Positions 37,065-47,555 of a DNA stretch of 64,000 nucleotides are shown here, piece after piece; the stretch's first letter is position 1, and each line of letters starts with the position of its first letter. The DNA lies in the IMG/VR virus record IMGVR_UViG_3300028416_000004, positions 168,515 through 232,514 of that record; one strand, written 5' to 3'. The notes under the pieces were generated by a model. The model was not told the origin of the DNA. It did not search any database and saw nothing but the letters and a program-made list of their open reading frames with translations. The position numbers were made by a program, and so were the translations under genes.

Positions 37065-38594
37065 TTAAATAAATATTTGACTACCAACATTTCCAAATGT
37101 AGTACCCGTATTACCCCAATATAAATTCAATGCATAATCTACCCCTGATGCAGTAGCTTTATTCATATAAGTTCCAGTATATGTTTGATAATAAGGATGA
37201 GTTATTACTACTGCTAAATTACCACCTTGTACATTATTAATTGTATAAGAGCCATTCACATCTGTTGTTGCTGAAAATAAAGTACCAGCACCACCACCAA
37301 GAGCTTGATTAATTTCATCTGCAATTACATTTTCATAAGGTGCATCAACTCCTAATTCTACATCTGCGTTAGCACTAACTACAATAAAAATAACAGTAGC
37401 ACCAGTAATCGGACTTCCAACTAATCCTGAAGGGTCACCAGGAGCATAATCTTGATAAATTCCACCAGAAATATTAAATATTCCAGCTGAAGCAGTAAGA
37501 GCTTGTTCACTTCTTCCCCAAGTGGTAACATTTTGTTTTACTCCAAAAATGTTAGTAATTTCTTTAGTATTACCTATTCTGTATAAGAAGAAAGTATCTG
37601 GAGAAAGTGGTGTAGAATAAGTTCTAATAAAATCAGGTACTCCTTCTTGTTTTGGAATTCTAAAAATTGTCCCACCAGTAAATGCTGTATCATTAACATC
37701 ATAAGTTACTTGTAACCTATAATAATCTCCATCAGAAACGTTATTAAAACTGAATATTGGAGAAAATGTATCTAAAGTACCTACAACACTAGGTTGGTCG
37801 CTTATAACATCTATATTAGGTTTTTGAGGAGCAACAAAATAAGTAAAAAGAGCACCATGTGAAGTTATTCCAGAAAATTTTCCTTTATTTATTGTTTCTG
37901 CGTTCCTACTTGTTTCTACTAAAAAGTCTCCACTGTCACTTAAACCTGATAAGGTTATATTTGTTGCAACTCCACCACTTAAAATTTGATATCCTCCCAA
38001 ACTCTTATCTCTTTCTAAAGGAAATTCATATCTTGTATCTATGAAATATTGAGCTTTATCTTCTAAGAGTGGTTGTGCAAATTGATTTTCTGGTTTTATT
38101 ATAAACGGTAAATCTAACGTATAATTTGGTAAAGTTACAGTTGAACCAGTATCATATAGTGTAATTAAAGGGTTTTCTAATATTTCAGAAATAGTATCTG
38201 TTGTTATTGTTTCTGCGGTTGCTCCTATTGTAGTTGCAGAATCTGGTAAAATCTCATCTCCTTCTATATCAAAGTTGTTAAAAACTGTATTGTATGTAGG
38301 GAAATCTAACTTATAAATATCATATATAGTTTTCGTAATAGCACTAAATGATGATGTGTTTGCAGTATAAGTATAAAATATTTGTTTTTGATTGTTTATA
38401 TTAACTGAAATCCCATCTATGACTTGATTGTAAAAATCAAATGTTGCACCCTGTAAACTAAAAAGTGGTACTGGGAAAGTTTTTGGCTCTAAGATAGGTT
38501 CATAAATATAAGGTATATGATTTTGAATAAAAACTTGAGAAATACCATCATTTTCACCAATTGTTCTAGATACTATTTGTTTATTTAATGACAT
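37065..38594 (-). CDS. Virion structural protein with C-terminal carboxypeptidase-regulatory-like domain
   Basis: ATTDVNGSYTINNVQGGNLAVVITHPYY; located in the tail module. Confidence 0.55.
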   Translation of the reverse strand: MSLNKQIVSRTIGENDGISQVFIQNHIPYIYEPILEPKTFPVPLFSLQGATFDFYNQVIDGISVNINNQKQIFYTYTANTSSFSAITKTIYDIYKLDFPTYNTVFNNFDIEGDEILPDSATTIGATAETITTDTISEILENPLITLYDTGSTVTLPNYTLDLPFIIKPENQFAQPLLEDKAQYFIDTRYEFPLERDKSLGGYQILSGGVATNITLSGLSDSGDFLVETSRNAETINKGKFSGITSHGALFTYFVAPQKPNIDVISDQPSVVGTLDTFSPIFSFNNVSDGDYYRLQVTYDVNDTAFTGGTIFRIPKQEGVPDFIRTYSTPLSPDTFFLYRIGNTKEITNIFGVKQNVTTWGRSEQALTASAGIFNISGGIYQDYAPGDPSGLVGSPITGATVIFIVVSANADVELGVDAPYENVIADEINQALGGGAGTLFSATTDVNGSYTINNVQGGNLAVVITHPYYQTYTGTYMNKATASGVDYALNLYWGNTGTTFGNVGSQIFI

Positions 38595-38595
38595 A

Positions 38596-41160
38596 TTAAT
38601 CTGGATAAATTATTGGAGTTAAATTTCTAACAACTTGTTGATATTGCACTTGTTTAATTTCTTCTTCATATACTTTTGTGTTTGAATTAATTAAGTTTGT
38701 ACTTGGATTAACCTTCTCAGACAATGTAACTCTAAAATCAGAAATGTCAATATTTACCTCTGGTTTATTTGAAATATTTGCTGTAAAATTGTTTGAATTT
38801 ATAGAAGGGTCAAAATTATTAGAAATACTAACAGTAAAATCAGAAGTCTGCACTGTAGGCTCAAGAACTAAAGGTAAATCAACTTTAAACTCTGAACCAT
38901 CATTTATACCTGGTTTATAAATAAATCTATGTCTATTAAATTCAGTATTTCCATATGTTGTTCCATATGTCGATATTATGCTAGTGGAAGGAACTAAAAA
39001 AGGTACTAAATCTTGAAAGTTTCTTTCTAATAAACTTAAAAATTTATCTAACTTCTTAAATGTTAACCTATTTGAATTTTGATTATTAGTCCATAACATA
39101 TAAGTTATGTATATTTTTTTCAAATCTTTATAGGTACCTGTGGTTCCATTTTGCCAATCTTTTGTTTTTCTATTTCTTGGGTCTACATTGTTTTTGTAAA
39201 TATAATCTAACCATTCATATATGGTTATTCCTGACATATTATTTGGAACAATAGTATTTACATCTTCAACTTGCCAATCAAAAGGTACAGTTAATCCTGA
39301 GAAATAATAAGAAGTTGAACCCCAATTCCACCAACCATACCCTAACTCATACCAATCCATAACATCACACTCGATAGCTCTAGATGGTCTTAAGTCTACA
39401 TTTATTTCTTTGGAATTTACAATACTTCTAGTATTTCCTGTTTTAGTCTTTAAGTTATCAACTCTTTTTAAAGGGTCATACTCTGTACCTAACCCATCTA
39501 TAAAGCTTTGACCATTACCTCTACCTAGACCTCCAATTTGAAAAATTTGAGAATTTACATCTGGATAACCATCATTATTTATGATATTACCATTTTCATC
39601 AAATGCAAGAGCATCATTTAAATCTCTTGAACTAATTTCATCAAAAAGGTTAGCTGGTATAAAAGATTCTGGTTCATTACTATTTTCTATAGTAAAAGTA
39701 TTTGGGTCAAATACATCAGTTTCTCCTATATTTAAATCAAGACTTCTTGTTACCTTTTTAACATCATAAACAAATTCTTCTAAATTAAAAAGACATTTAG
39801 GCGCACCTATTAATTTAAAAATAAAACTTATAGCATCTCTAGTACCTCTTTTTTTATAGAGCCAAACTATGTTTACCATAATTCTTCTCCACAATTCTAA
39901 GTTATATTCTTCGAATGATTTATTAGATGAATCAAATTCTCCTGCTAGATAATCTATTACATTTTCTGAATTAAAGGCATTCGGCAATTTAGCCCCTAAC
40001 ATATTAGCTAGTCGTACTAAAAATTTATTTGGTACACTTTCAGAACCATCATAGCTAACAGAATGAGCATAAGCAATACCGTCTATATATTGTTTAATTG
40101 AATCAAATTGCTCAGCATATACAGTTGTTAATTTTCTATAGGCTTTATCTTGAGAATCTAAATCTATAAAATTCTCAGGAAGCATAGTTCTTAGCATTAT
40201 GTTAGTTTTCTCTTCATCTATATATCTTGCAACTTCTAATATATTTTCTACATAAGAATCAAAAGAGTTTCCATAACTATCAGGAGCAAAACCATCAATC
40301 GTCTTTGGCCATTCAAATATTTTTCTTTCATAAGTGCCTATTTCGCTATTCGGAACTAAAAAAGTACCATCATAAATAATTTGCCTCTCCAGATTTGGTA
40401 AAGTTCTTTTAAATTGACCCACTCTTTCTCTAGTAGGTCTTATATATAAAGGATAATTAAAACTACTTAAACTAACAGACTCTTGAGGTAATAAAATACC
40501 ATCTATTGTAAATTGCAAATATTGATTCAAAGAATAACTATAAGAAGTTATTTTATGAATTTCGTTCATAAATGTATTACCAGTACCAAGATTTTGAGAA
40601 TCTCCACTTAACTGTATAGCAAAAGAACTAGTTTCATTAAATAAATCTATTTGTGATTCTGATTGTTCAGACCTACCAGAAACATATAAAATGTCACCTT
40701 GATTAGTTATTGATGAAAAAGCTATTTTAAATGTTGAAGTATTTTGTATAACATCATGAGAATAATCATAAATAGTCACTCCACTATTAATAGATTTTGA
40801 AAGAAAAGCATAAGGGAACGTGTCTATTATATTATTTATTGCATTAGCTACTTTAGTATAAAAAGAACCGAAATAAGCATAACTTGTAGCGTCCTCTGGC
40901 TTTAAATTTAATTCATTTGATTTTGTTGTTATTACTTTAATAATATCAAAATCAGCTGTTTTTGTATTTTCTAAAGTTGCATAAGAACCATAAGAAAGAG
41001 TAGACCCACTAATATTATCTATAAAAGGATTTACTGTATTATTTTCTAATCTAAAAGTACCAAAAGTAAAAGTAGATTCAGAGCCTGTTGCTGCAAATCT
41101 CGTATCTCTACCTGGCGTAGGTCTGATGTCTAAAGTTGTTCCGCTATCTATTGATGTCAT
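38596..41160 (-). CDS. Baseplate wedge/tail protein (P2 gpI / T4 gp7-like motif)
   Basis: LVRLANMLG...WRRIMVNIVWLYKKRGTRDAISFIFKLIG matches the tail protein I-like Y..KGT..AI motif. Confidence 0.65.
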   Translation of the reverse strand: MTSIDSGTTLDIRPTPGRDTRFAATGSESTFTFGTFRLENNTVNPFIDNISGSTLSYGSYATLENTKTADFDIIKVITTKSNELNLKPEDATSYAYFGSFYTKVANAINNIIDTFPYAFLSKSINSGVTIYDYSHDVIQNTSTFKIAFSSITNQGDILYVSGRSEQSESQIDLFNETSSFAIQLSGDSQNLGTGNTFMNEIHKITSYSYSLNQYLQFTIDGILLPQESVSLSSFNYPLYIRPTRERVGQFKRTLPNLERQIIYDGTFLVPNSEIGTYERKIFEWPKTIDGFAPDSYGNSFDSYVENILEVARYIDEEKTNIMLRTMLPENFIDLDSQDKAYRKLTTVYAEQFDSIKQYIDGIAYAHSVSYDGSESVPNKFLVRLANMLGAKLPNAFNSENVIDYLAGEFDSSNKSFEEYNLELWRRIMVNIVWLYKKRGTRDAISFIFKLIGAPKCLFNLEEFVYDVKKVTRSLDLNIGETDVFDPNTFTIENSNEPESFIPANLFDEISSRDLNDALAFDENGNIINNDGYPDVNSQIFQIGGLGRGNGQSFIDGLGTEYDPLKRVDNLKTKTGNTRSIVNSKEINVDLRPSRAIECDVMDWYELGYGWWNWGSTSYYFSGLTVPFDWQVEDVNTIVPNNMSGITIYEWLDYIYKNNVDPRNRKTKDWQNGTTGTYKDLKKIYITYMLWTNNQNSNRLTFKKLDKFLSLLERNFQDLVPFLVPSTSIISTYGTTYGNTEFNRHRFIYKPGINDGSEFKVDLPLVLEPTVQTSDFTVSISNNFDPSINSNNFTANISNKPEVNIDISDFRVTLSEKVNPSTNLINSNTKVYEEEIKQVQYQQVVRNLTPIIYPD

Positions 41161-41343
41161 TTAAAATACTTTAATGATAAATATTTAGTTATAAAAAAAC
41201 TTATATAAATAAATTTTATTTTTTTTTAATACTATATTTATTTCTATAGGAAAGAAATATTTTTTTAAAGTAAACAAATAAAAGTTTACTTTAAAACTTT
41301 TAAAGTTATATTATAAAAAATTCCTAAAAAGAGTAAATAGAAA

Positions 41344-43404
41344 ATGGGATATATTTTAAATGAACCTAAAACTTTTATAAACGTCAAATTAACTGATGTT
41401 GGGAGAAGACAATTGTCTTTGGGTAACTTAACTTTTGTTAGTGCTGTTTTATCTGATAGAGAAGTTGATTATTCTATTGATAGAGGAAATCCTATGAGAT
41501 ATGACATTTCTAATAATAGAATCTTATCTCCTTTAGATGATAATCCTATTATTTCAACTAATTTTGATGGTTCACAGCCTATAACTTTAGAGGGAAATCA
41601 ATTAGTTTCATCTAAACAATTTTCAACAGGAGCTACTGAAAGTTATGGTTTTTTTACTGGAACGACAAGTTTAACTGCAACTACAGCTGTAGACACTTCT
41701 AAGTTGTTGGGGTCAAACACTATAACTTATGCAACCTCTCCAATTGATGGAGGTTATACAGTTACTTTAGATAATCTGTCACCTAGTGATTATTATCCGA
41801 ATGCAGGAGATTTGGTTTATATTCCTTGGGAGCCAATACAAAATAGTGGTAAAACATATTCTGGTAATATAATAGATACAGTTAATCCAACAGTTGGTTT
41901 ATGGTATAGAGTGACTAGTACAAATGGAAGTACTGACATTAGTTTAGATAGACCAATACCAGATTTTGGGGGGGTGGTTTCTACTTCACAAATAATTAAT
42001 GCATACTTTTATCCATTTAATGGAGGAGAAAATTATTACGGAACTGGAACAACTGTAAACCCTTCTTTATGGAATATGAATATAGTAAGGACTCAATCAG
42101 TTGTTGGTAGACCTTTAAATGTTGTTAGCGGTTATACTTCTTATGGTTCTATAGAATATAATGGAACTAAACAATATCTTGGTTTTACAGGAGATACTCA
42201 AGCTGTTGGTATTTTACATTACACAAATGAATTTACAGGTAATACTTATGCTGAACAACTTTTAGAGAAAACAGTTAGAATTGATTTGCCTAATGTTATG
42301 TGGCATAATATATCAGGAGATAATGGAAAAACTCTTTCTTATGGTCTTACTTTATATGATATAGATGGAGATACTGAAATTGATGATTTTAGCAATACAA
42401 CTTATAGAAATTTAAAGGATGGAGTAACTAGTTCATCTAATGTGGTTGGTAGAGTTTATCACAAATTAAAAATAGCAGTCATAACAGACCCAGAGTTACT
42501 TAATTCATTAACTTATAAGTCTAATAGAAATTACACAATACCTCCATTGAATATTTCAACTATAGGAGTTCCTAAATATCCCTTAACTACTTCTCAAGCT
42601 ACTGGTTTAGTTAAATCTGGAAAAACTTATTTTGTAACTTATTTAACGGAGAGTGAATCAACATTTTCAGCAACTTCCCCAGACACTACTTTTGGATATC
42701 CAAAATCATTACATTGTGGATATATTCAAAAATTAAATGGACAAGTTGATGATTCAGGTAATTATCAATATTTATCTGCTACTTTTCCAACAAACACTTT
42801 TCCTTATCTTAGAAATAGTCAAGATATGTTATCTTCTTCTTCTTATTCAGGTACTGGATGGAATGCTAATAAAGTACAACTTTTAGTGGCAGAAGTAGAT
42901 GACCCAAATGCGGTAGCAACTATTGAAGATGTGAATTCGAATAGTTGGAAACTTATTTCAAATGGAGTTGGTAATGGTATTTATACAGGTAGCACTTCTG
43001 ATAATACAATAGATGCTAGAGATTTAAACGCATTTCAATTTATTATTTCTCAAGAAGATTATGATAGTGGTACAACTTATGTTTTAGATAATATTTTCAC
43101 TGATAATTCTGACCACTCTACAACTGGTCTCACATTTGGAGATGAATCCTTTTTGTTTGGTAATTTAAAATCAGACATAATGGCAACTACTTACAAAACA
43201 GTTATTACTACTTTTGCAAAAAACGATTCTTTCAATAGTTCTATAAATGGTTCTTTTGATGATACTTTAGATAGTGATACATACATAACAGAAGTTGGAA
43301 TATTAGATGGAGAAGGTAATTTAGTAGCTGTAGGAAAACCTACATATCCAATCAAAAAAAATGAAGGAAGATTTTTAACATTTCAATTACAAATAGACTT
43401 TTAA
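41344..43404 (+). CDS. Baseplate/tail-collar-fibre-like protein (DUF3751-like ends)
   Basis: N-terminal KLTDVGRRQL and C-terminal YITEVGILDGEGNLVAVGK..PI.K. Confidence 0.6.
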   Translation: MGYILNEPKTFINVKLTDVGRRQLSLGNLTFVSAVLSDREVDYSIDRGNPMRYDISNNRILSPLDDNPIISTNFDGSQPITLEGNQLVSSKQFSTGATESYGFFTGTTSLTATTAVDTSKLLGSNTITYATSPIDGGYTVTLDNLSPSDYYPNAGDLVYIPWEPIQNSGKTYSGNIIDTVNPTVGLWYRVTSTNGSTDISLDRPIPDFGGVVSTSQIINAYFYPFNGGENYYGTGTTVNPSLWNMNIVRTQSVVGRPLNVVSGYTSYGSIEYNGTKQYLGFTGDTQAVGILHYTNEFTGNTYAEQLLEKTVRIDLPNVMWHNISGDNGKTLSYGLTLYDIDGDTEIDDFSNTTYRNLKDGVTSSSNVVGRVYHKLKIAVITDPELLNSLTYKSNRNYTIPPLNISTIGVPKYPLTTSQATGLVKSGKTYFVTYLTESESTFSATSPDTTFGYPKSLHCGYIQKLNGQVDDSGNYQYLSATFPTNTFPYLRNSQDMLSSSSYSGTGWNANKVQLLVAEVDDPNAVATIEDVNSNSWKLISNGVGNGIYTGSTSDNTIDARDLNAFQFIISQEDYDSGTTYVLDNIFTDNSDHSTTGLTFGDESFLFGNLKSDIMATTYKTVITTFAKNDSFNSSINGSFDDTLDSDTYITEVGILDGEGNLVAVGKPTYPIKKNEGRFLTFQLQIDF

Positions 43405-43424
43405 AAAAAATAAAATAAAAATAT

Positions 43425-44114
43425 ATGGGAGCAATAGCATCAGCAGATACAGTTTACGCCACAGCTTATTTAACAGAGATAGGAAGGCAATATTTATTTC
43501 AAGATAACAATCATCCTAGGTTTGTCGAACTTTCAGATGGTACAAAAATAGATAGATTAAAAATAGAAAGATTCTCTTTGGGAGATGCTGACGTAAATTA
43601 TAAAATTCCTTATAATTTAGAATCAGGACAAGTGCCAGATTTATCAGGAGAAAATGAAGGAAATATAACTGGAGCAAAAGGAAGAGCTTTAAAATATTTA
43701 ATTTCTCCAAATGAATCTGTTTTAGGAGATGGAGATGAAAGTTTAGAATATACAACTAGTCAAGGAGATATTACAGTTGATTTAAATAAAGATTTAAGTA
43801 AGATACCAACAGTATTCACTCAAGAATTATTAACTCTTTTAGATGAAGAGCCTACTCTAGAATCTACTTATGAATTACTTCCAAAGAATTTTGGAGAAAA
43901 TCAAGTTAAAGACAATGAATTGATTATTAATTTGAAAGAAGCTACAGAAACTACACCAGGTTATAGAATAAGAATACTATATCCTACAATAGAAGATGAC
44001 AATAATGTTTGTACAATTCAATTTGAAAAATCAAACATCCTTAAAACAACTAAAAAAGCTTTTCAAAAAGCTTCTTCTATCAAAACTCCTCAAAGTTTTG
44101 GAACAAAATTATAA
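43425..44114 (+). CDS. Baseplate protein with tail-collar-fibre-like N-terminal motif
   Basis: AYLTEIGRQYL...ERFSLGDADVNY resembles the N-terminus of 41344..43404. Confidence 0.55.
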   Translation: MGAIASADTVYATAYLTEIGRQYLFQDNNHPRFVELSDGTKIDRLKIERFSLGDADVNYKIPYNLESGQVPDLSGENEGNITGAKGRALKYLISPNESVLGDGDESLEYTTSQGDITVDLNKDLSKIPTVFTQELLTLLDEEPTLESTYELLPKNFGENQVKDNELIINLKEATETTPGYRIRILYPTIEDDNNVCTIQFEKSNILKTTKKAFQKASSIKTPQSFGTKL

Positions 44115-44124
44115 ATAATAAATT

Positions 44125-44550
44125 ATGAACAAAAATAATATAAGCCCAGCAAGAAAAACCGCAACAGACTTTGTTAAAACACCTTTAACTAGAAGGTTAG
44201 GTCCACAAGTTGCAACAACTTCAACACAAAGCAAAACTCCTTTACAAGATGTTATTGATGAAGGAAATATGGAAATTTCTTATAATGATTGGCAAGTAAT
44301 GGACCAATTTGATGAAGGGTTAAGGCAAGCACTTATAAAGTGGGTAGATACAACTAAAGAAGGCAGACAAGTATTGAGTCCTACTGGTTCAACAAGAAGT
44401 AAAACAATAGATTTTCAGTTTTACGGAAATCCATCTAATGATTTAGTAGGTGCTGGTGATATTGGTGAATTTAAATTAGAATTTAAATATACAAGAAAAA
44501 TAATAGCACCTCAATCTATTGGTGCTGCTGATAATATTTTAACTAGATAA
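44125..44550 (+). CDS. Hypothetical protein
   Basis: 141-aa ORF in the structural operon. Confidence 0.6.
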   Translation: MNKNNISPARKTATDFVKTPLTRRLGPQVATTSTQSKTPLQDVIDEGNMEISYNDWQVMDQFDEGLRQALIKWVDTTKEGRQVLSPTGSTRSKTIDFQFYGNPSNDLVGAGDIGEFKLEFKYTRKIIAPQSIGAADNILTR

Positions 44551-44575
44551 ACAAACAAATAAATAAAAAAATAAA

Positions 44576-45727
44576 ATGATTGCAGATTCAAGATTTACAA
44601 AAAAGGTAGATTCATATGTGGCTTTACAAAGAGAAAGTTCAAGAATCAAAAGTGTCTTTGAAGAAAATTTAAAATTTACTCTTTGCGATAGAACAAGCTT
44701 AACAAATAATAAAGGTAATTATTTTACATCATTCAATTTGCCTTATAAAGAAAGTAAGTTTCCTACAACAAGTAGAGTTTCAGAAGTATTTCCTGAATTA
44801 CAGCAATTAAATGTAGACCAAGCAGTAATTGTTCCTATACCTGCAGATAGTTATAGTGAATTTATAGATGGTAGAACAATTGAAATGACAGTTCCAGTTA
44901 CAGGTAGTACTACTCCTGGTGAGCTTTCTGGTGTCACTTTGTATTCAAGTACATACACAGCTACAAAACCTTTAAAGAGAGAATCTAATGTTTTATTAGG
45001 GGATAATATTGTATTTTTATTTTCAGATGATATAAATAAACCTTATTCAGGTAAAACTAGAAATGAATTGGGAGATGCTATAGATAATTCTTCTTCTACT
45101 TCTTGGAATCCAACTGGAGAATATAAAGATAGACCAGGTGCAACTTCTTATTCAGAAGTAAAAGATTTTTATAATACTGACCAAAGAACAAATGGTAATT
45201 ATGCAGTTTCAGTTACTGCTGGTTATCCAGATGGTAGAGATGGTTATAATTACGATGTACCATGTGGGTTTGCAGTATTAGATAAAGGTTACGTTGTTAT
45301 AACTCATCCTCAAATTGTAAACAACATTCCTTGGAGTTCAGGTTTTACAGAAAGTGGTTCACCTTATACTGGTATTGATGTTGATGATAAAACAAATATT
45401 TATTTCACTGGTAATAGTCTTTCTAATAATTCTTTAGAAGGAGCTATACTTTCTTATCAAGATGTAGACACTTCTTTTAAGATGACTTCTGTTTGTATAG
45501 CTATGCCTCAAGAGTTTTTTATATCAAATAACCCAACTTGGGATAAAGAAAAAGCTATATCTCAATTAAATAGTGCAACTCCAATAGTTAATTATGATGA
45601 TATATATATAACTGAAGTCGGTTTATATAATGCATTTGGAGAATTAATTGCAGTAGCGAAAATGAGTGAACCTGTTTTGAAAACTTATGTAAATGCAGTT
45701 ACTTTTGAGATTAATTTAGAAATGTAG
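44576..45727 (+). CDS. Baseplate protein with tail-collar-fibre-like C-terminal motif
   Basis: SNNPTW...IYITEVGLYNAFGELIAVAKMSEPVLK resembles the C-terminus of 41344..43404. Confidence 0.6.
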   Translation: MIADSRFTKKVDSYVALQRESSRIKSVFEENLKFTLCDRTSLTNNKGNYFTSFNLPYKESKFPTTSRVSEVFPELQQLNVDQAVIVPIPADSYSEFIDGRTIEMTVPVTGSTTPGELSGVTLYSSTYTATKPLKRESNVLLGDNIVFLFSDDINKPYSGKTRNELGDAIDNSSSTSWNPTGEYKDRPGATSYSEVKDFYNTDQRTNGNYAVSVTAGYPDGRDGYNYDVPCGFAVLDKGYVVITHPQIVNNIPWSSGFTESGSPYTGIDVDDKTNIYFTGNSLSNNSLEGAILSYQDVDTSFKMTSVCIAMPQEFFISNNPTWDKEKAISQLNSATPIVNYDDIYITEVGLYNAFGELIAVAKMSEPVLKTYVNAVTFEINLEM

Positions 45728-45748
45728 AATAATAACAAAAAAATATAC

Positions 45749-45779
45749 AAGCCTTCTTTATAGAAGGCTTTTTTTTTTT
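45749..45779 (+). terminator. Intrinsic terminator ending the structural operon
   Basis: AAGCCTTCT-TTAT-AGAAGGCTT followed by a T-run. Confidence 0.85.
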
Positions 45780-45823
45780 GAAATTACTATTTATTTTTTA
45801 ATTAAAAAACATATATTATACTT

Positions 45824-45846
45824 TGAGTTTATATTTGCAAAACTCA
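45824..45846 (+). promoter_or_regulatory. Bacteroidota-type -7 element (TATATTTG) inside a 7-bp inverted repeat
   Basis: TATATTTG at 45830-45837; TGAGTTT (45824-30) and AAACTCA (45840-46) arms; no clear -33 TTTG at the expected spacing. Confidence 0.45.
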
Positions 45847-45864
45847 TATTAAAAATACGAAAAA

Positions 45865-46449
45865 ATGACTTTAGGACTAGATATATCTACAACTGTAATT
45901 GGCATAGCTTTATTTGATAAAAATGATAAACTTTGTAATTTAGAATATATAAAATTCAAACCTAAAACAAATCTGTTTCAAAGGTTAGATGATTTTGTTG
46001 AACATTTTGAACAATTAAGTTTAGCTATAAATTTAGAAAATGGAGAAAATAAATTAGAACACATATCAATAGAAGAACCTTTAAAAGCTTTTAAAGGAAA
46101 GTTTTCAAATGCAGAAACTATACAAAAACTTACTACTATGAATGCATTTATTAGTTCTTATTTGTATAGAAAATTTAAAATAGAACCTAGATATTATAAT
46201 GTTAACACTGCTAGAAAAACTGCATTTCCTAGTTTAGTTATTCCAAAAAGTGCTACCAATAAAAAATATTTAATTTGGGAAAAAGTTGTAGAAAAAGAAC
46301 CTCAAATAAATTGGAAATACTCAAAAAAAACTCACAAGCTTATGGATGAAAATTTTGATATGTCTGATGCTTATGTTGTGGGTTATGCTGATATTGTAAC
46401 TAGAAATATAACTAATAAAAATCTCAATAAAGAAAAAGAAATAAAATAA
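45865..46449 (+). CDS. RuvC-like Holliday junction resolvase
   Basis: LGLDISTT..G, SIEEP and DMSDAY acidic RNase H-fold catalytic motifs. Confidence 0.8.
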   Translation: MTLGLDISTTVIGIALFDKNDKLCNLEYIKFKPKTNLFQRLDDFVEHFEQLSLAINLENGENKLEHISIEEPLKAFKGKFSNAETIQKLTTMNAFISSYLYRKFKIEPRYYNVNTARKTAFPSLVIPKSATNKKYLIWEKVVEKEPQINWKYSKKTHKLMDENFDMSDAYVVGYADIVTRNITNKNLNKEKEIK

Positions 46450-46450
46450 A

Positions 46451-46482
46451 ATTGTTTTAAAAATAATTTTACACTATATTTG
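46451..46482 (+). promoter_or_regulatory. Bacteroidota primary-sigma promoter upstream of primase
   Basis: ATTG (46451-54)-N20-TATATTTG (46475-82) versus consensus TTTG-N19-21-TAnnTTTG. Confidence 0.6.
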
Positions 46483-46499
46483 TTTCCACAAACATATCT

Positions 46500-47543
46500 A
46501 TGGAAAACAATAAGCAAGTTGTACTGAATATTTTAGAAAGAATTTTAGGTTCTCCTAAAAGAGATGGAGAACTTAAAGAATATGAATTTAATTGCAAGAC
46601 TAAAGTTTGTATAAATGATGAAGATAAATACAATCTTGCTTATAACTCCAAGAGTAATATATTTCACTGTTGGAAATGTAGATATAAAGGTCATGTCTCT
46701 AAGTTGATTTCAGATTATGGCAATCAGGAAGATTTAAGAAGATTAAATTTAGTTTTACCAACAACAAAATCTTTCCAGAAAAAACAAAAACCAGAAGAGT
46801 ATAGCGATTTAGTAACTTGTTCTTTACCAGAAGGTTTTAAATATTTGTCCAAAAAGAGTAATTCTAAATATTATAAGTCAGCAGTTAAATATATGCTTTC
46901 TGAAAGAGGTTGGACTTGGGATAAGATTAAAAAATACAATATAGGATATACTGAAAATTTAGGAGATAGAAAATATAGAATTATATTCCCCTCTTATAAT
47001 GAACGTGGTCAAGTTAATTATTATGTAGGAAGGTCTTATTATGGTTTAGTTAAACCAAATTATATGGGACCACCAAAAGAAGAAGTGGCAAGAGTTGATA
47101 TTATTTTTAATTCTAAAAATATTAATTTTGATATACCTGTTTTTTTAGTCGAAGGAGTTTTTGATATGGCTTCAATTTATAATGCACTTCCTATGTTAGG
47201 TAAGGAACCTGCAAATGTAATAATTAAAAAATTTGTAGAACACAACACTAGAGTTGTTCTATGTTTAGATGAAGACGCATTAGTTGATAGTATTCAAATT
47301 TATAATAAACTAACTTCATATGGATTAAAAGTATATTTTGTTGAAATTCCAGATGACATTGATAATTATCTTAAAAAATATGGTAAAAATGCTACAATAA
47401 ATTTATTGAAAATGTCTAGAGATGAAAATTTTCAAAAAATATTCCATGAATTTTCTATTAATTTTAATAAACAAGATAATGAAATAGTTGATGTAAATAA
47501 AGTAAGACAAGAATGGCAAATATTAAAAAAAACAAATCTTTAA
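46500..47543 (+). CDS. DNA primase (Zn-binding domain plus TOPRIM)
   Basis: C..C / FHCWKC zinc-binding domain, RIIFP...GR, VEGVFD and LDEDA TOPRIM motifs. Confidence 0.9.
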   Translation: MENNKQVVLNILERILGSPKRDGELKEYEFNCKTKVCINDEDKYNLAYNSKSNIFHCWKCRYKGHVSKLISDYGNQEDLRRLNLVLPTTKSFQKKQKPEEYSDLVTCSLPEGFKYLSKKSNSKYYKSAVKYMLSERGWTWDKIKKYNIGYTENLGDRKYRIIFPSYNERGQVNYYVGRSYYGLVKPNYMGPPKEEVARVDIIFNSKNINFDIPVFLVEGVFDMASIYNALPMLGKEPANVIIKKFVEHNTRVVLCLDEDALVDSIQIYNKLTSYGLKVYFVEIPDDIDNYLKKYGKNATINLLKMSRDENFQKIFHEFSINFNKQDNEIVDVNKVRQEWQILKKTNL

Positions 47544-47555
47544 ATAATTAATATA

